Shown here in pieces: positions 9,802-20,013 of a DNA stretch of 64,000 nucleotides. The position numbers and the translations under genes are program-made. Every line of letters starts with the position of its first letter. The stretch's first letter is position 1. Below the pieces are notes generated by a model that worked only from the letters and a program-made list of their open reading frames with translations, made no database searches and was not told the origin of the DNA. Source of the DNA: an uncultured delta proteobacterium (GTDB lineage: Bacteria; Desulfobacterota; BSN033; UBA1163); contig CAWHBU010000002.1 of the NCBI GenBank assembly GCA_963827685.1, positions 1,024,001 through 1,088,000 on the forward strand, read 5' to 3'.

Positions 9802-10746
9802 GTGGAGAAAATGGCAGAGGAAGCAAAAACCCAAGAGTTCTGGAGATGGCCTGAAACCAATTGGGTCAACCCGGATATGGATTGGAAAAAAGGCAAGGTG
9901 ATCACGGCTGGAGTGGATGTGGGCTCGGTGAGCACTCAAGCTGTCATTATGGTGAATGGCGAACTTTACGCCTACGGTAACACGCGAACCGGTTCAGACA
10001 GTCCAAACAGTGCCAGAAAAGGCATGGGCTTTGCGTTGGAAAGAAGCGATTTGAAGATTGAGAATATCGATTACTGTATTGGAACAGGCTACGGAAGGGT
10101 CAACGTTCCCATGGCCCAGCAGTCCATTACTGAGATCTCCTGCCATGCCCGGGGAGCTAACTTCATGTACGGCCCGGAAGTCAGAACCGTCATGGACATG
10201 GGGGGACAGGACTGCAAAGCCATCAAAGTGGATGATCGGGGAAAGGTCCTCAATTTTATGATGAATGACAAGTGTGCAGCTGGAACTGGCCGAGGGATGG
10301 AAGTTTTTGCTGACTTGATCAGGGTCCCTGTCTGGGAGATCGGAACCCGCTCCTTCAAGATCCAGAAAGAGCCTCCAATGATTAGCAGTACGTGTGTCGT
10401 ATTTGCCAAGAGTGAGGTCGTCGGCTTATTGGAGTCGGGAATGCCTGAAAACGACATCATGGCTGCCTACTGCTCTGCGATGGCCCATCGCATCATGGAA
10501 CTACTGAACCGCCTGGGTGTGAAGGAAAAGTTTGTCATCACCGGTGGAATCGCCAAGAACGAAGGTGTCGTCAAGAGACTGGAAAAGGAATTGGGTATTA
10601 AAACCGCTGAGCGTGTTTGGAACAAAAAAGAGTATATTGATCGCGGTCATCCCTTTGACACACAGCTCGCTGGCGCTATCGGAGCAGCCCTGTTCGGAAA
10701 TGCTCTGTTGAAGATGGGCAAAGCCAAGAGTGCAAGAAAAGCCTAA
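9802..10746 (+). CDS. bzdQ: Benzoyl-CoA reductase bzd-type subunit Q (ATP-binding)
   Basis: FWRWPE N-terminus, GVDVGSVS, TGYGR, EISCH, NDKCAAGTG. Confidence 0.82.
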   Translation: MEKMAEEAKTQEFWRWPETNWVNPDMDWKKGKVITAGVDVGSVSTQAVIMVNGELYAYGNTRTGSDSPNSARKGMGFALERSDLKIENIDYCIGTGYGRVNVPMAQQSITEISCHARGANFMYGPEVRTVMDMGGQDCKAIKVDDRGKVLNFMMNDKCAAGTGRGMEVFADLIRVPVWEIGTRSFKIQKEPPMISSTCVVFAKSEVVGLLESGMPENDIMAAYCSAMAHRIMELLNRLGVKEKFVITGGIAKNEGVVKRLEKELGIKTAERVWNKKEYIDRGHPFDTQLAGAIGAALFGNALLKMGKAKSARKA

Positions 10747-10810
10747 ACGGATTGCGGAATGCGGAATGTGGATTGCGGAGTGAATAAAGCAAAAGAAAAG
10801 GAAATAACAC

Positions 10811-11125
10811 ATGATAGCCAATTATGGTTTTAAGGATGGGTCTGGCGACTGGTATGTCACCATCGACACGGACAAGTGCAATGGTTGCGGCAAATGTCCC
10901 GAAGTCTGTCCAGCAAAGATCCTTGAAGTGGGGCCGGATGAGATTGACATCTTCCGTGAAGAACCCGTGGCATTTGTGAAGCATGAGGAGCGAAAAAAAG
11001 TCAGGTATGGCTGCGCTCCTTGCCGCCCCGGTTATGGTACAGAACCAGCGCCCTGTGTCGGAGTCTGCGAGCCAAAAGCCATCTCTCATTCAGAAGGATG
11101 GAAGGTCTTATACGGCCATAAGTGA
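10811..11125 (+). CDS. 2[4Fe-4S] ferredoxin, BzdM-like
   Basis: MIANYGFKDGSG, CxxCxxCxxxC and CxxC..CxxxC. Confidence 0.8.
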   Translation: MIANYGFKDGSGDWYVTIDTDKCNGCGKCPEVCPAKILEVGPDEIDIFREEPVAFVKHEERKKVRYGCAPCRPGYGTEPAPCVGVCEPKAISHSEGWKVLYGHK

Positions 11126-11287
11126 TTTCTTTCCTGTTCATGGGATGATGCAAGCTTACCGCTCTATTCCCGGAGTGTGAAAACCACTCTTGAAGTAGAG
11201 CGGTAATTTTGTATGAGTTAAGAATTTTGAGATTTGAGGTTTGAATTTTATAATTAGTTATATCTATTTATTGAAAGGTCTTCATCG

Positions 11288-11446
11288 ATGCTGTCACAAG
11301 AAAAGAAGACTGAGTTTGAACCAAGGATCGTTGCTTTTCTCTGCAACTGGTGCTCCTATCGAGGCGCTGACCTGGCGGGTACCTCACGATTCATTGAGCA
11401 CGGAAAGATGCCCAAAACCAATCAGGAGATGGAAGACCTGTTTTAA
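11288..11446 (+). pseudogene. mvhD: Truncated hydrogenase iron-sulfur subunit (MvhD family)
   Basis: Translates FEPRIVAFLCNWCSYRGADLAGTSR, then an unrelated tail and TAA after 52 aa. Confidence 0.8.
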
Positions 11447-11576
11447 ACAAATTGCGGATTGGGGATTGCGGAATTCGGAATAATAAAATTTAAATCAATG
11501 TAGCGCCCTCATTTATTGAGGGCGAATTCAAGAGCTTTCGTCGGCAATAAATGCCGACGCTACATAAGGTACCTTT

Positions 11577-11745
11577 TCTCCCTCTCCCTTTACGCCTGCC
11601 TGCGCGAAGCCGCTTCGGCGAAGGCAGGGGAGAGGGTTGGGGTGAGGGTGAATAAGGTTCTAAGAAATGAGTCGAGAAGAAGAATTGAAAAAAGAAGGCC
11701 CCTCTTTTCCCCTCTCCCTTGATGGGAGAGGACAGGGGTGAGGGT
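11577..11745. repeat. Two REP-like CCCTCTCCC/GGGAGAGG palindromes, the first with a nested insert
   Basis: Same family at about 405-439 and 44070-44100; GCCTGCCTGCGCGAAGCCGCTTCGGCGAAGGCA sits in the loop of the first. Confidence 0.7.
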
Positions 11746-11760
11746 GATAAGGTTCATAAG

Positions 11761-11994
11761 GTGACCAGGGAACAAGAACTTAATAAGGAAGGTTGGGAAA
11801 AACGATTTACCATCGATGAACCCCGCCTATCGGAGATGGTAGAGCAATATAAGGAGCTCGGATTTGAAGTTCTCCTCGAACCCGTGGATACCTCCTCTGA
11901 AGAATGCACGACTTGTATCACCGCTTTCCATGATCGTTACAAAACCATCTACACCCGCCAAAAGGGCAATAGCAAACTTCCGAAAGAACAGTGA
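11761..11994 (+). CDS. Small hypothetical protein with CxxC
   Basis: GWEKRF..DEPRLSE.VE.Y.ELGFEV.LEP..CxxC..TIYTR; GTG start. Confidence 0.7.
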   Translation: MTREQELNKEGWEKRFTIDEPRLSEMVEQYKELGFEVLLEPVDTSSEECTTCITAFHDRYKTIYTRQKGNSKLPKEQ

Positions 11995-12057
11995 TAAAAA
12001 CACAACCTTACAGACAGTAAGAAACTCGGCTCCCCATTTTCTCGGGTTTTTCCCCTC

Positions 12058-12196
12058 TTGACCCATTCGGCGGCTTCAAGACTCTCCTTTGAACCCCGGG
12101 TAAGAAGCCGCTCAGGGTCAACCCTGAGCTCCTCCGCCTGAGATCGGGTCAAAGGCAAGCCTGGGGGCTTTCAGGCCGGGGAGTCGAAGGGTTGAC
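12058..12196. repeat. REP-like palindromic element between convergent genes
   Basis: GCTCAGGG/CCCTGAGC stems and GTCGAAGGG end; related CCTGAGCCTGTCGAAGG near 15660. Confidence 0.55.
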
Positions 12197-12204
12197 ATCC
12201 CGGT

Positions 12205-12723
12205 TCAAAGACCTTGTTTTTTGAAGTCTCTTGAAAGGTCGACATAAAAGTTGGCTCCGGAAATAATCCTCTCTATCTCTTTTCTGTTTACGGTCCTCTT
12301 TATTCTGGCAGGCACTCCTACTACCAAAGACCTCGAAGGAATTTTAAAATTATCCTTCACCATTGAATGAGCACCAATCATACAGTCGTCACCAATTTCT
12401 GCAAAAATACCCAGGGTGGTATTCATTCCAATAAGAACATTATTACCGATTCTGGCACAATGGATGACGGAACCGTGACCCACTGTCACATTATTCCCAA
12501 TGATGACGTCCGCCACCCCTGCATGGATGACACAATTATCCTGAATACTGCAATTGCACCCAATTTTAATTCGGAATCGATCAGCTCTCAAAACTGCTCC
12601 AGGCCAAATACTGGAATTTCTCCCAATTTCTATATCGCCAATGACATAAGCATTCTCGCTGACAAAAACAGAGGGATCAATTCTCGGCTTTCTCTTCCCC
12701 AAACTCTTAATCATAGTTGTCAT
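12205..12723 (-). CDS. Gamma carbonic anhydrase family protein
   Basis: Hexapeptide repeats, LRAD, QDN..IH, GH...H. Confidence 0.9.
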   Translation of the reverse strand: MTTMIKSLGKRKPRIDPSVFVSENAYVIGDIEIGRNSSIWPGAVLRADRFRIKIGCNCSIQDNCVIHAGVADVIIGNNVTVGHGSVIHCARIGNNVLIGMNTTLGIFAEIGDDCMIGAHSMVKDNFKIPSRSLVVGVPARIKRTVNRKEIERIISGANFYVDLSRDFKKQGL

Positions 12724-12748
12724 CTGCTCCTACGGTTGGGAAAAATGT

Positions 12749-13537
12749 TCACGCTCTTTCGTCTATGATGGCGATGGGTCTGACCCAGCCCGCACTGGCC
12801 TTCTTGATGTTGATAGGAAAACAGCAGACCGTAAACCCATGAGGTCTCCCGATCGCTGATAAGTTCGCTAACTTCTCCATATGACAATATCCAATCTCAA
12901 TTCCCGCAAAGTGGGCCTCCCAGATGACCCTTGGGTCCCCGGTCTCCTTAAATTCTTTGGCCAGGAAGGGCAAGGGCCTGTCCCAACTCCATGCATCAAT
13001 GCCCACCACCTTCACCCCCTTCTCCGTAAGGAACAGGGTGCTTTCACGATCCATCCCAGCGCCTTTGGTTAAATACGCAGGTGTGCCCCAGGCAGCATCA
13101 GCCCCGGTCTGGATCAAAACGATGTCGAACGGATGGATTTTATAATTAATTCGTTTTAATTCCTTTTCTATATCCCCCGCCGTAATCCTTTCACCATCGG
13201 CCTTATGGCGAAAATCGAGGAGCACCCCGTTGCTAAAACACCAATCAAGAGGGATTTGGTCGATGGTTAACGAAGGTTTTCCCTTGTCCATGGTTGGGTG
13301 ATAATGATAGGGAGCATCCAAATGTGTACCTGAATGAGTCGTCAACGTCAGAAACTCTACGGCCCAACCCAGACCGCCGGGTAACTGTTCAGCCGTTACT
13401 CCCGGGAAGAAATCCTTCATTCGTTCAGCACCCTGGATGTGATCGGCATATTCGATTTTTGGAATCATCATTGCAGGATCACTTGGGAGTCCCGATTCAA
13501 TGGGCAAACTCAAATCGACAAACTTTTTCCGTTTCAT
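12749..13537 (-). CDS. Cyclase family (kynurenine formamidase-like) metal hydrolase
   Basis: HSGTHLDAPYH motif, GIDAWSWD, HMEKL. Confidence 0.9.
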   Translation of the reverse strand: MKRKKFVDLSLPIESGLPSDPAMMIPKIEYADHIQGAERMKDFFPGVTAEQLPGGLGWAVEFLTLTTHSGTHLDAPYHYHPTMDKGKPSLTIDQIPLDWCFSNGVLLDFRHKADGERITAGDIEKELKRINYKIHPFDIVLIQTGADAAWGTPAYLTKGAGMDRESTLFLTEKGVKVVGIDAWSWDRPLPFLAKEFKETGDPRVIWEAHFAGIEIGYCHMEKLANLSAIGRPHGFTVCCFPINIKKASAGWVRPIAIIDERA

Positions 13538-13665
13538 AGATTGCCCTTTCCTTTTGCGAGCGATTTGGCGTTTTTGCCGACCAGGGTCCTAAACGAATCA
13601 TTTTGCCAAATCTGTAAGAATGAATTCGGACCTTCATCACAGATGGCATCTTGAACAATTTTCTA

Positions 13666-14370
13666 TTACTCTAAACGCATCTTTCCCTTTATGGCAGGCT
13701 CCCCATCCACTACCATTCCATCTCGAAGGTGGATGGCGCGGGAAGAAAAGGCCGCATTTTCAGGATTATGAGTGACCATGACAATCGTCTGTCCTTCTTC
13801 ATTAAGAGACTTAAAAAGTTCCATAATTTCTTTCCCTGTCTTAGAATCCAGATTGCCGGTGGGTTCGTCGGCAAGAAGGATCGGCGGTGAATTCACTAAC
13901 GCTCTGCCAATAGCCACCCTCTCTTGTTCTCCTCCTGACAGTTGATCTGGGAGCCTCTTCCCCTTCCCTTTCAATCCCATCTTCTCCAGTATCTCCTCCG
14001 CCATATTCGACTGCTCTCGATTCGATTTCTCCGTGATAGAAAGAGGGAGCATCACATTTTCAATCACCGTCAGATAGGGAATCAGCTGAAAGGATTGGAA
14101 GATGAAACCAAGATATTCTCTTCTGAAATCGGCGAGCTTCTCCATCTGGAGTTTAAATATTGGAATTTCGTCCACCACCACCTCCCCTCGGCTGGGGTGG
14201 TTGAGTCCGCCCAAAATAGTAAGGAGGGTGGATTTCCCTGAGCCGGATGGTCCCATGACAGAGACAAATTCACCCTTCTCAATATTCAGATCCACACCCA
14301 CGAGAGCAGGCACATGCTCTTCTCCGCTCTCATAGGTGTTCGATAAATTCTTAATCTCGATCAAACTCAT
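13666..14370 (-). CDS. ABC ATPase, LolD/MacB type
   Basis: GPSGSGKST, LSGGE, ADEPTGNLD. Confidence 0.92.
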   Translation of the reverse strand: MSLIEIKNLSNTYESGEEHVPALVGVDLNIEKGEFVSVMGPSGSGKSTLLTILGGLNHPSRGEVVVDEIPIFKLQMEKLADFRREYLGFIFQSFQLIPYLTVIENVMLPLSITEKSNREQSNMAEEILEKMGLKGKGKRLPDQLSGGEQERVAIGRALVNSPPILLADEPTGNLDSKTGKEIMELFKSLNEEGQTIVMVTHNPENAAFSSRAIHLRDGMVVDGEPAIKGKMRLE

Positions 14371-14452
14371 GTTCGTGTCTTCACACGAAGGATGAGGTTG
14401 AGGTTAAGGAAAAGCATTAAACAACCTTAACCTTGACCTTAACCTTTCGCAC

Positions 14453-15613
14453 TTATAGCGCTCTTAGCGCTGCGGTGGGATCCATCTTTGAGGCGTGAAT
14501 AGCCGGGTAGATGCTGGAAAGGATTCCCATTGTCACAGAGAGAAAAACGACGCCCACCGCTAAGACAGGATCGACAACTATCCCGCCTCCTTTTATCCCC
14601 GTGACGATGGGACCGAGGAGATGAGAAACTCCAAGTCCCAGGAGGTATCCTGTCACTCCTCCAATCAATCCAACCACAAAGGCTTCCAAAAAAATGATCC
14701 GGATGATATGCGATTTTCGAAATCCTATGGCACGGAAGATACCAATCTCCCTCTTTCGCTCGTTCACCGAGGCCGTCGTATTGGTGAACACGATCAGGCC
14801 TCCGATCAGAAGGACGATGATAGATATGCCCACAGAGAACTTCTTAAAGTGGTCTAAGGCCTCCATTTTGGTCTGAAGGGTCTGTTTGATCGCCGTCACT
14901 TTCGCATGGGGCAATACTTTAGATATCTGACTGACGATCTCTTCAATCGGGCATGAAATGCAAAAGGTAGAGACTTCAATCAGACTCAAAGCCCCGGGTT
15001 TCTTCAGCGCCTCTTGCACGAAAGGCAGGTCACCGAAAATGAGAAAATCATCCTGGGAGCCGGTCTCATCCAGAATTCCCGCAATTCTTACAGTCTTTCC
15101 GTTGATCGTTAAATTGTCACCAGTACTTTTGAAGAGTCTCACAGCAACTTCGTTTCCAAGGAGGACTTCGTCTCGACTCTTAGGGATCGCACCATGGACT
15201 TTCCACCATTTCTTGAGTCTAACCTCTTCCTGGAAAAGAACACCGGTAAGAAGAATCTTTCTCCCTTCGATCTCTACCACTCCAATCAATTTGGGAGAGA
15301 TGGTGCTGATGTTTTCCCGAACTTCGATCTGTCGAATCTTTGGAATGTCTGAGTCTTTTAGCGTTTGAGTATCGACCGAAACTCCACCCATATTCAGACC
15401 GCCGTAAGAGAGGGAGAGGTCATCCGATCGAGGAATGACGAGGATATTGGCTCCAAACTCGTCAAGCTTGTTTGAGATATCTTCGTTCATCATCCGGGTA
15501 ATGGAGATAAGAGTCACGACCGTTGTCATGCCCATGGTGAGACCCAGAATGAGAAAGAGGACTTTACTCTTACGCCTCCGCAGATTATTGATAGAGATGT
15601 CTCTAAGTCTCAC
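14453..15613 (-). CDS. FtsX/MacB-type ABC permease with CxxC
   Basis: ER.REIGIFRAIG, large periplasmic domain containing FCISCP. Confidence 0.88.
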   Translation of the reverse strand: MRLRDISINNLRRRKSKVLFLILGLTMGMTTVVTLISITRMMNEDISNKLDEFGANILVIPRSDDLSLSYGGLNMGGVSVDTQTLKDSDIPKIRQIEVRENISTISPKLIGVVEIEGRKILLTGVLFQEEVRLKKWWKVHGAIPKSRDEVLLGNEVAVRLFKSTGDNLTINGKTVRIAGILDETGSQDDFLIFGDLPFVQEALKKPGALSLIEVSTFCISCPIEEIVSQISKVLPHAKVTAIKQTLQTKMEALDHFKKFSVGISIIVLLIGGLIVFTNTTASVNERKREIGIFRAIGFRKSHIIRIIFLEAFVVGLIGGVTGYLLGLGVSHLLGPIVTGIKGGGIVVDPVLAVGVVFLSVTMGILSSIYPAIHASKMDPTAALRAL

Positions 15614-15696
15614 ACTTCACCATGATGACTTGTGCTTCCCCATTGACCCGCGAAGCCATCCTGAGCCTGTCGAAGGATAGGTGCCAAGTCCAACTT

Positions 15697-16674
15697 CTAT
15701 GCTCTCAATTTAAACCCGAGATCCCTGATCATTGTCAAATCATCCTCCGCATTCCGACCAGGGGTTGTGAGATAATTTCCTACAATCAGACCGTTCGCAC
15801 CGGCGAGAAGGGCAAGGGACTGCAAATCTCTAAGATTTGCCTCCCTTCCGCCTGCGATCTTGATCGTCCCTTTTGGTAGAATGAGACGAAATATTGAAAT
15901 GGTCTTGATGACCTCCATGGGAGGAATGAATTCTGAATGTTCCAACGGAGTTCCTGGTCTGGGATTAAGAATATTGAAGGGAATGCAGTCGATCCCAAGT
16001 TGCTTAAGGGAGAAGGCAAGTTCCAATCGTTGTTGAGGTGATTCTCCCAGGCCAACGATTCCGCCACAACAGATAGAGAATCCCTGTTTTTTCAAAACTT
16101 CAATGGTCTTAACGCGATCCCCAAAGGAGTGGGTCGAACATATTTGAGGGAAATGGCTCTCCGCCGTTTCCACATTATGGTTATATCGGGTGACTCCAAC
16201 CTTTCTTAAGGATGCTGCCCTTTCTTCACTCAACGTTCCCAAAGAGCAATCGAGGTCAAGGGTTGTTTCATTGTGTATGCGATCGAGGGCCCTCAGAATC
16301 GTCTCAAACTCTTTGTCATTTAGCTCCCGGCCGCTTGTGATGAGACAGAAACGGCCTGTCCCTCTCGCCTGTGCCTCCTTAGCCTCTTCTACTATTCGCT
16401 TCACATCCATAAGGGAATAAACCGGGGCTTCCGTTTTGTAGTGAGCCGACTGGGCGCAGAAAGCACAGTCCTCAGGACATCTTCCTGATTTGGCATTGAG
16501 GAGCGAACAAACATCAATCTCGTTCCCGTTGAACTCCTCTCTCACACGATTGGCCACTGCAGCAAGATCTAAGACGTCAGGCCCCTTTGCCGCTAACAAG
16601 GGGAGCACATCCTTCATGCTCAGGTTCTTTCCTTCAAGAACCTTGTCTCCAACCTTCCGAATTTCTTTTCTCAT
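15697..16674 (-). CDS. bioB: Biotin synthase
   Basis: KSGRCPEDCAFCAQS, YNHNVET, CCGGIVG, GNYLTT. Confidence 0.95.
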   Translation of the reverse strand: MRKEIRKVGDKVLEGKNLSMKDVLPLLAAKGPDVLDLAAVANRVREEFNGNEIDVCSLLNAKSGRCPEDCAFCAQSAHYKTEAPVYSLMDVKRIVEEAKEAQARGTGRFCLITSGRELNDKEFETILRALDRIHNETTLDLDCSLGTLSEERAASLRKVGVTRYNHNVETAESHFPQICSTHSFGDRVKTIEVLKKQGFSICCGGIVGLGESPQQRLELAFSLKQLGIDCIPFNILNPRPGTPLEHSEFIPPMEVIKTISIFRLILPKGTIKIAGGREANLRDLQSLALLAGANGLIVGNYLTTPGRNAEDDLTMIRDLGFKLRA

Positions 16675-17471
16675 TGTCGCTCCCTTAGCCCTTTCAGTAT
16701 TTTCTCATGTCTTGGACAGAATTCATATTGACCACCTAACTGGGAATGGAGGACCTCTTCCTGCCAGTGGCTATTGAAGAGGCGACAATCTCGATCCTCA
16801 CAAAAAGGGTCTCCAGTGAGATGAAATAAAAGAGCCTGCATCGCGTACCCTTTCAAGACTTCTGTCGTCCTCAAATCGCCATGGTCAAGAAATCTCCCTT
16901 GATACTCTTCCTTTAACCACTCTACTGGTGTACCCAACTGCTTTTTCAGATAGAATTCTTTGGGTTTGGCAGGGGCTTCTACAAGCCCGGTGATGGAAAT
17001 CATGCTGGGAAAACCATAAAGGCTAACCCTCGCATGATATCTACCATCATCCCGATCCCACGTTCCAAAGAGTTGATTGGTGAAAAGGAGTATACAATGT
17101 TTAGGATCCAGTCCCCCTTTCATGACCAGGTCTAAAATAATTTTCTGATATAAGACTCCCTCATACAGAATGCCAAAACTTTTCCAACCGGGGTCGCTGA
17201 TCCTCCGTTTTTCGTAATCGACTTCAGCTTGAAAAAGAGGCCCCGAAGCAAATCCTTTCCCAGGATCTCTCACTCTGATACCAGCGAATTCCTTTGATGC
17301 TTCCTCTATTCTCTTCTTGGAAAATCCTTTACAGATATTCCCTCGAATGCGGAAGGGAATGAAAGTTTTTTCTTCGAGGTATTTCCCCAATTGGGTGATA
17401 TCCAGGCTATTCAAATCCCCTTCTTCATAAAGGTCGATGGCTTCAGGAATCGGTTGAATGAAATCGTTCAC
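16671..17471 (-). CDS. DUF6775 archaemetzincin-like putative metallopeptidase
   Basis: [24 protein letters not shown]....CRLFN.HWQEE..FC..H. Confidence 0.75.
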   Translation of the reverse strand: MNDFIQPIPEAIDLYEEGDLNSLDITQLGKYLEEKTFIPFRIRGNICKGFSKKRIEEASKEFAGIRVRDPGKGFASGPLFQAEVDYEKRRISDPGWKSFGILYEGVLYQKIILDLVMKGGLDPKHCILLFTNQLFGTWDRDDGRYHARVSLYGFPSMISITGLVEAPAKPKEFYLKKQLGTPVEWLKEEYQGRFLDHGDLRTTEVLKGYAMQALLFHLTGDPFCEDRDCRLFNSHWQEEVLHSQLGGQYEFCPRHEKILKGLRERQ

Positions 17472-18265
17472 TTCTTCTTCATTTTCTCAAGAATAACCTG
17501 GGCCCCTTTCCGTCCCGAAAGCAACATTGCTCCAAAGGTAGGTCCCATCCTTGGCAGACCATAGGTCGTTGCCACAGCCATCCCTGTCACGACCAGACCA
17601 GGATGGGCCTCGCCAGTATGCTCCACCACCAGATCCTCGGACTGTTCCACCCACATGGCACCGAAGCCAGCGGTTTTTAGAATCCCTCTCTCCTCCAGCT
17701 TCTTCACCACACAGGCATCATGGCCAGTGGAGTCCACCACAAATTTAGATTCTAAAGCAATGGGGTCCACACACGTAATCTCGCGAGGAAGAGCGTTAAC
17801 AGGTGTCCAGTTCACCACGGCACCGCAGACGCGATTTCCTTCCCTCAGGACCACATCATCAAAGATGGTCATATTAGCGAACTTCACTCCAGCGTCACAG
17901 GCTGCGGCGATTAGTTTTGAACAGGCATGAGGGCCATCGGCCACATAGAGGCCTTTCACCGCCTTCTCATAGGGAATGCCCAATTCTTCTAATACCTTTT
18001 GTCCTGGTTCCCGGACGGTCACCTTATTCATCAGATAGCCTCCAATCCAGAAGCCTCCTCCGATGTAATTGTTCCGTTCTACAATCAAGGTCTTCACCCC
18101 TTTTGAGGCAATGTCCCTTCCAACCATCAACCCGCTGGGTCCTCCTCCGATAATGAGGCAATCGCTCTCCACATATTCAATGAACTGCCGAGCAAAGCCA
18201 GCAACAATGGCCCGGGTGACTTCCTTTTCACTCACCGGCGTAAAAATTCTTTTTTTCTCGACCAT
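17468..18265 (-). CDS. thi4: Thiazole synthase Thi4 (Cys-type)
   Basis: [35 protein letters not shown]. Confidence 0.93.
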   Translation of the reverse strand: MVEKKRIFTPVSEKEVTRAIVAGFARQFIEYVESDCLIIGGGPSGLMVGRDIASKGVKTLIVERNNYIGGGFWIGGYLMNKVTVREPGQKVLEELGIPYEKAVKGLYVADGPHACSKLIAAACDAGVKFANMTIFDDVVLREGNRVCGAVVNWTPVNALPREITCVDPIALESKFVVDSTGHDACVVKKLEERGILKTAGFGAMWVEQSEDLVVEHTGEAHPGLVVTGMAVATTYGLPRMGPTFGAMLLSGRKGAQVILEKMKKK

Positions 18266-18309
18266 CTCCCTTATCCTCCAATCATAGAATAGTCAAACTA
18301 CTGAGCTCA

Positions 18310-18960
18310 TTAAGCTCTTGGCTTCCAATTGAGAACAACTTTCTCTTCGATCAGGACTCGGTCTTTCTCAACCGTACTCGGAATCACTTCAGGTGGGTAA
18401 TTCATACAGCCCCCCTTAATCCCTTTCAGGGTCTCTAAATTCCACTCGGTGGCGCATGCATTGCATACGATGGCTTTATCCTGAATGTGAAAACGAGTTG
18501 ATCGACACGGCTCACACATGCTGATGGCGGTTACCACTCTTCCAGCTAAGGTGACATAGGCAAGGAGGGGAACCTTCACCCCATGACCCTCATATTCAAA
18601 CCGAACCATCTTTTTCTCTTTTACTACATCGATGGGGATGGAGATTTTTCCATTTTCGACCTTTGCCTCAATATCGGTCATCGAAATCGTCTGGCCTGAA
18701 TAGTCCACCCTCTCCATCACCTTCTGCTGAGCGGCTATCTTTGGATTGGCTATCGTTTTCCCCTGGATGATCCAGAAAGCAACTCCTCCTGCTGCAAAAG
18801 CGACAATGATTAATGTGATCCACATCCAAGGCGACTTCTTCTTGCCCAAAACCTTATCTCTCTTATCCTTTAATGAAGAATTGGAAAGGAGAAACCCACA
18901 TTTCTTACAGAAATGGTTCAGATCATCATTCTTTGTTCGACATTCCGGACATACCTTCAT
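18310..18960 (-). CDS. Zinc-ribbon plus DUF2318 membrane-anchored metal/Fe-S protein
   Basis: CPEC..FCKKC, TM, CEPC..CNAC..W..GGC..YP. Confidence 0.78.
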   Translation of the reverse strand: MKVCPECRTKNDDLNHFCKKCGFLLSNSSLKDKRDKVLGKKKSPWMWITLIIVAFAAGGVAFWIIQGKTIANPKIAAQQKVMERVDYSGQTISMTDIEAKVENGKISIPIDVVKEKKMVRFEYEGHGVKVPLLAYVTLAGRVVTAISMCEPCRSTRFHIQDKAIVCNACATEWNLETLKGIKGGCMNYPPEVIPSTVEKDRVLIEEKVVLNWKPRA

Positions 18961-19007
18961 CCAACCATCCTTCCTCTCTCCCCCCTGAACCTTACATGGT
19001 TCAGGGC

Positions 19008-20013
19008 TCACTCATTGATCATCAGTCTCTCAATTTCTCTTCTCGAAACGGATGAAGCAGACAGAGACCGATGGTGATCTTCCCCAACACCTTTATAGGT
19101 TACTTCTGCATTCCCTAAATCCTTTGTCTTACTATAATGAGCCGTGATGGCTGCCGCTTTCTCAATATCTCCCTGATCAAGCTTCCCCCTGATGAGAGAA
19201 AGGGGCCCTGGAAAATTGGAAACCTTTAATAAAATGTCCCTCTCCTGAGCGAAGGTCTCGATCTTTTGATTCTCCTCCTCATTCCTCCCAACCACTAATT
19301 TAACTCCGTCGGAGAACCGAAAATGTCTCCCCATCTTAAGAAGGTGAACATCGTTGAGGGAAAAATCAGGTTTGTGAAGCATCAAGTCTTTCATACGCTT
19401 TGCAAACCCAGGATCTGTAAGAAGGCAACCTCCTGCAGGGCATGGGTAGTCATGAATGCCGTAATGCCCTGCCAGCTCGATCTGCGGCTTTCTTGAACGG
19501 CCCTGAAACTTCAGCAGCTTTTCCCGATCCACCCATCCTTCTTTCTCCGGGATCGTGGCGGGAAGGCCCATGGCAGAGAGAGGTCGTAAAATAAAACCCT
19601 CGAGCCCCGCTTCCTTTTCAATCAGCCGCATCGCATCTTTTCTTTGGGACATAGGTCTTTGTCCCAACACTTCACCCGTGACGATGAAAGCGGCTCCTGA
19701 CTCTTCCATGTAGGCCTTTGCCCTCTTCAGCATGAAGATCCGGCAATCGATGCACGGATTCATATTTCTTCCATAGCCATGTCTGGGATGCTTCACGACA
19801 CTAAGGTACTCTTCGGAAACGTTGAATACCCTCAAAGGAATGCCCAAGGTGTCAACGGCCTTCTGAGAAGCCAGACAGGTGGCTCCCCGATTGGTGCAGG
19901 TGCAAAATACCGTCATAAAATTGAGGGCCTCTAATTCAACCCCTTGCTCTATGACGACCTTGGCTGCGAGTGTACTATCGAGCCCCTCCGGATAGGAGAG
20001 CGATCGCCTTCAT
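19008..20013 (-). CDS. ThiI/MnmA-like PP-loop tRNA sulfurtransferase (one extra base at 19983-19986)
   Basis: MKAIALLSGG-LDS restored by removing one base; NPCIDCR, TGEVLGQRPMSQ, PAGGCLLT. Confidence 0.82.

Noticed and set aside
18266-18309. TPP riboswitch upstream of thi4
   Set aside because: Gap too short; the lone CTGAG has no aptamer context
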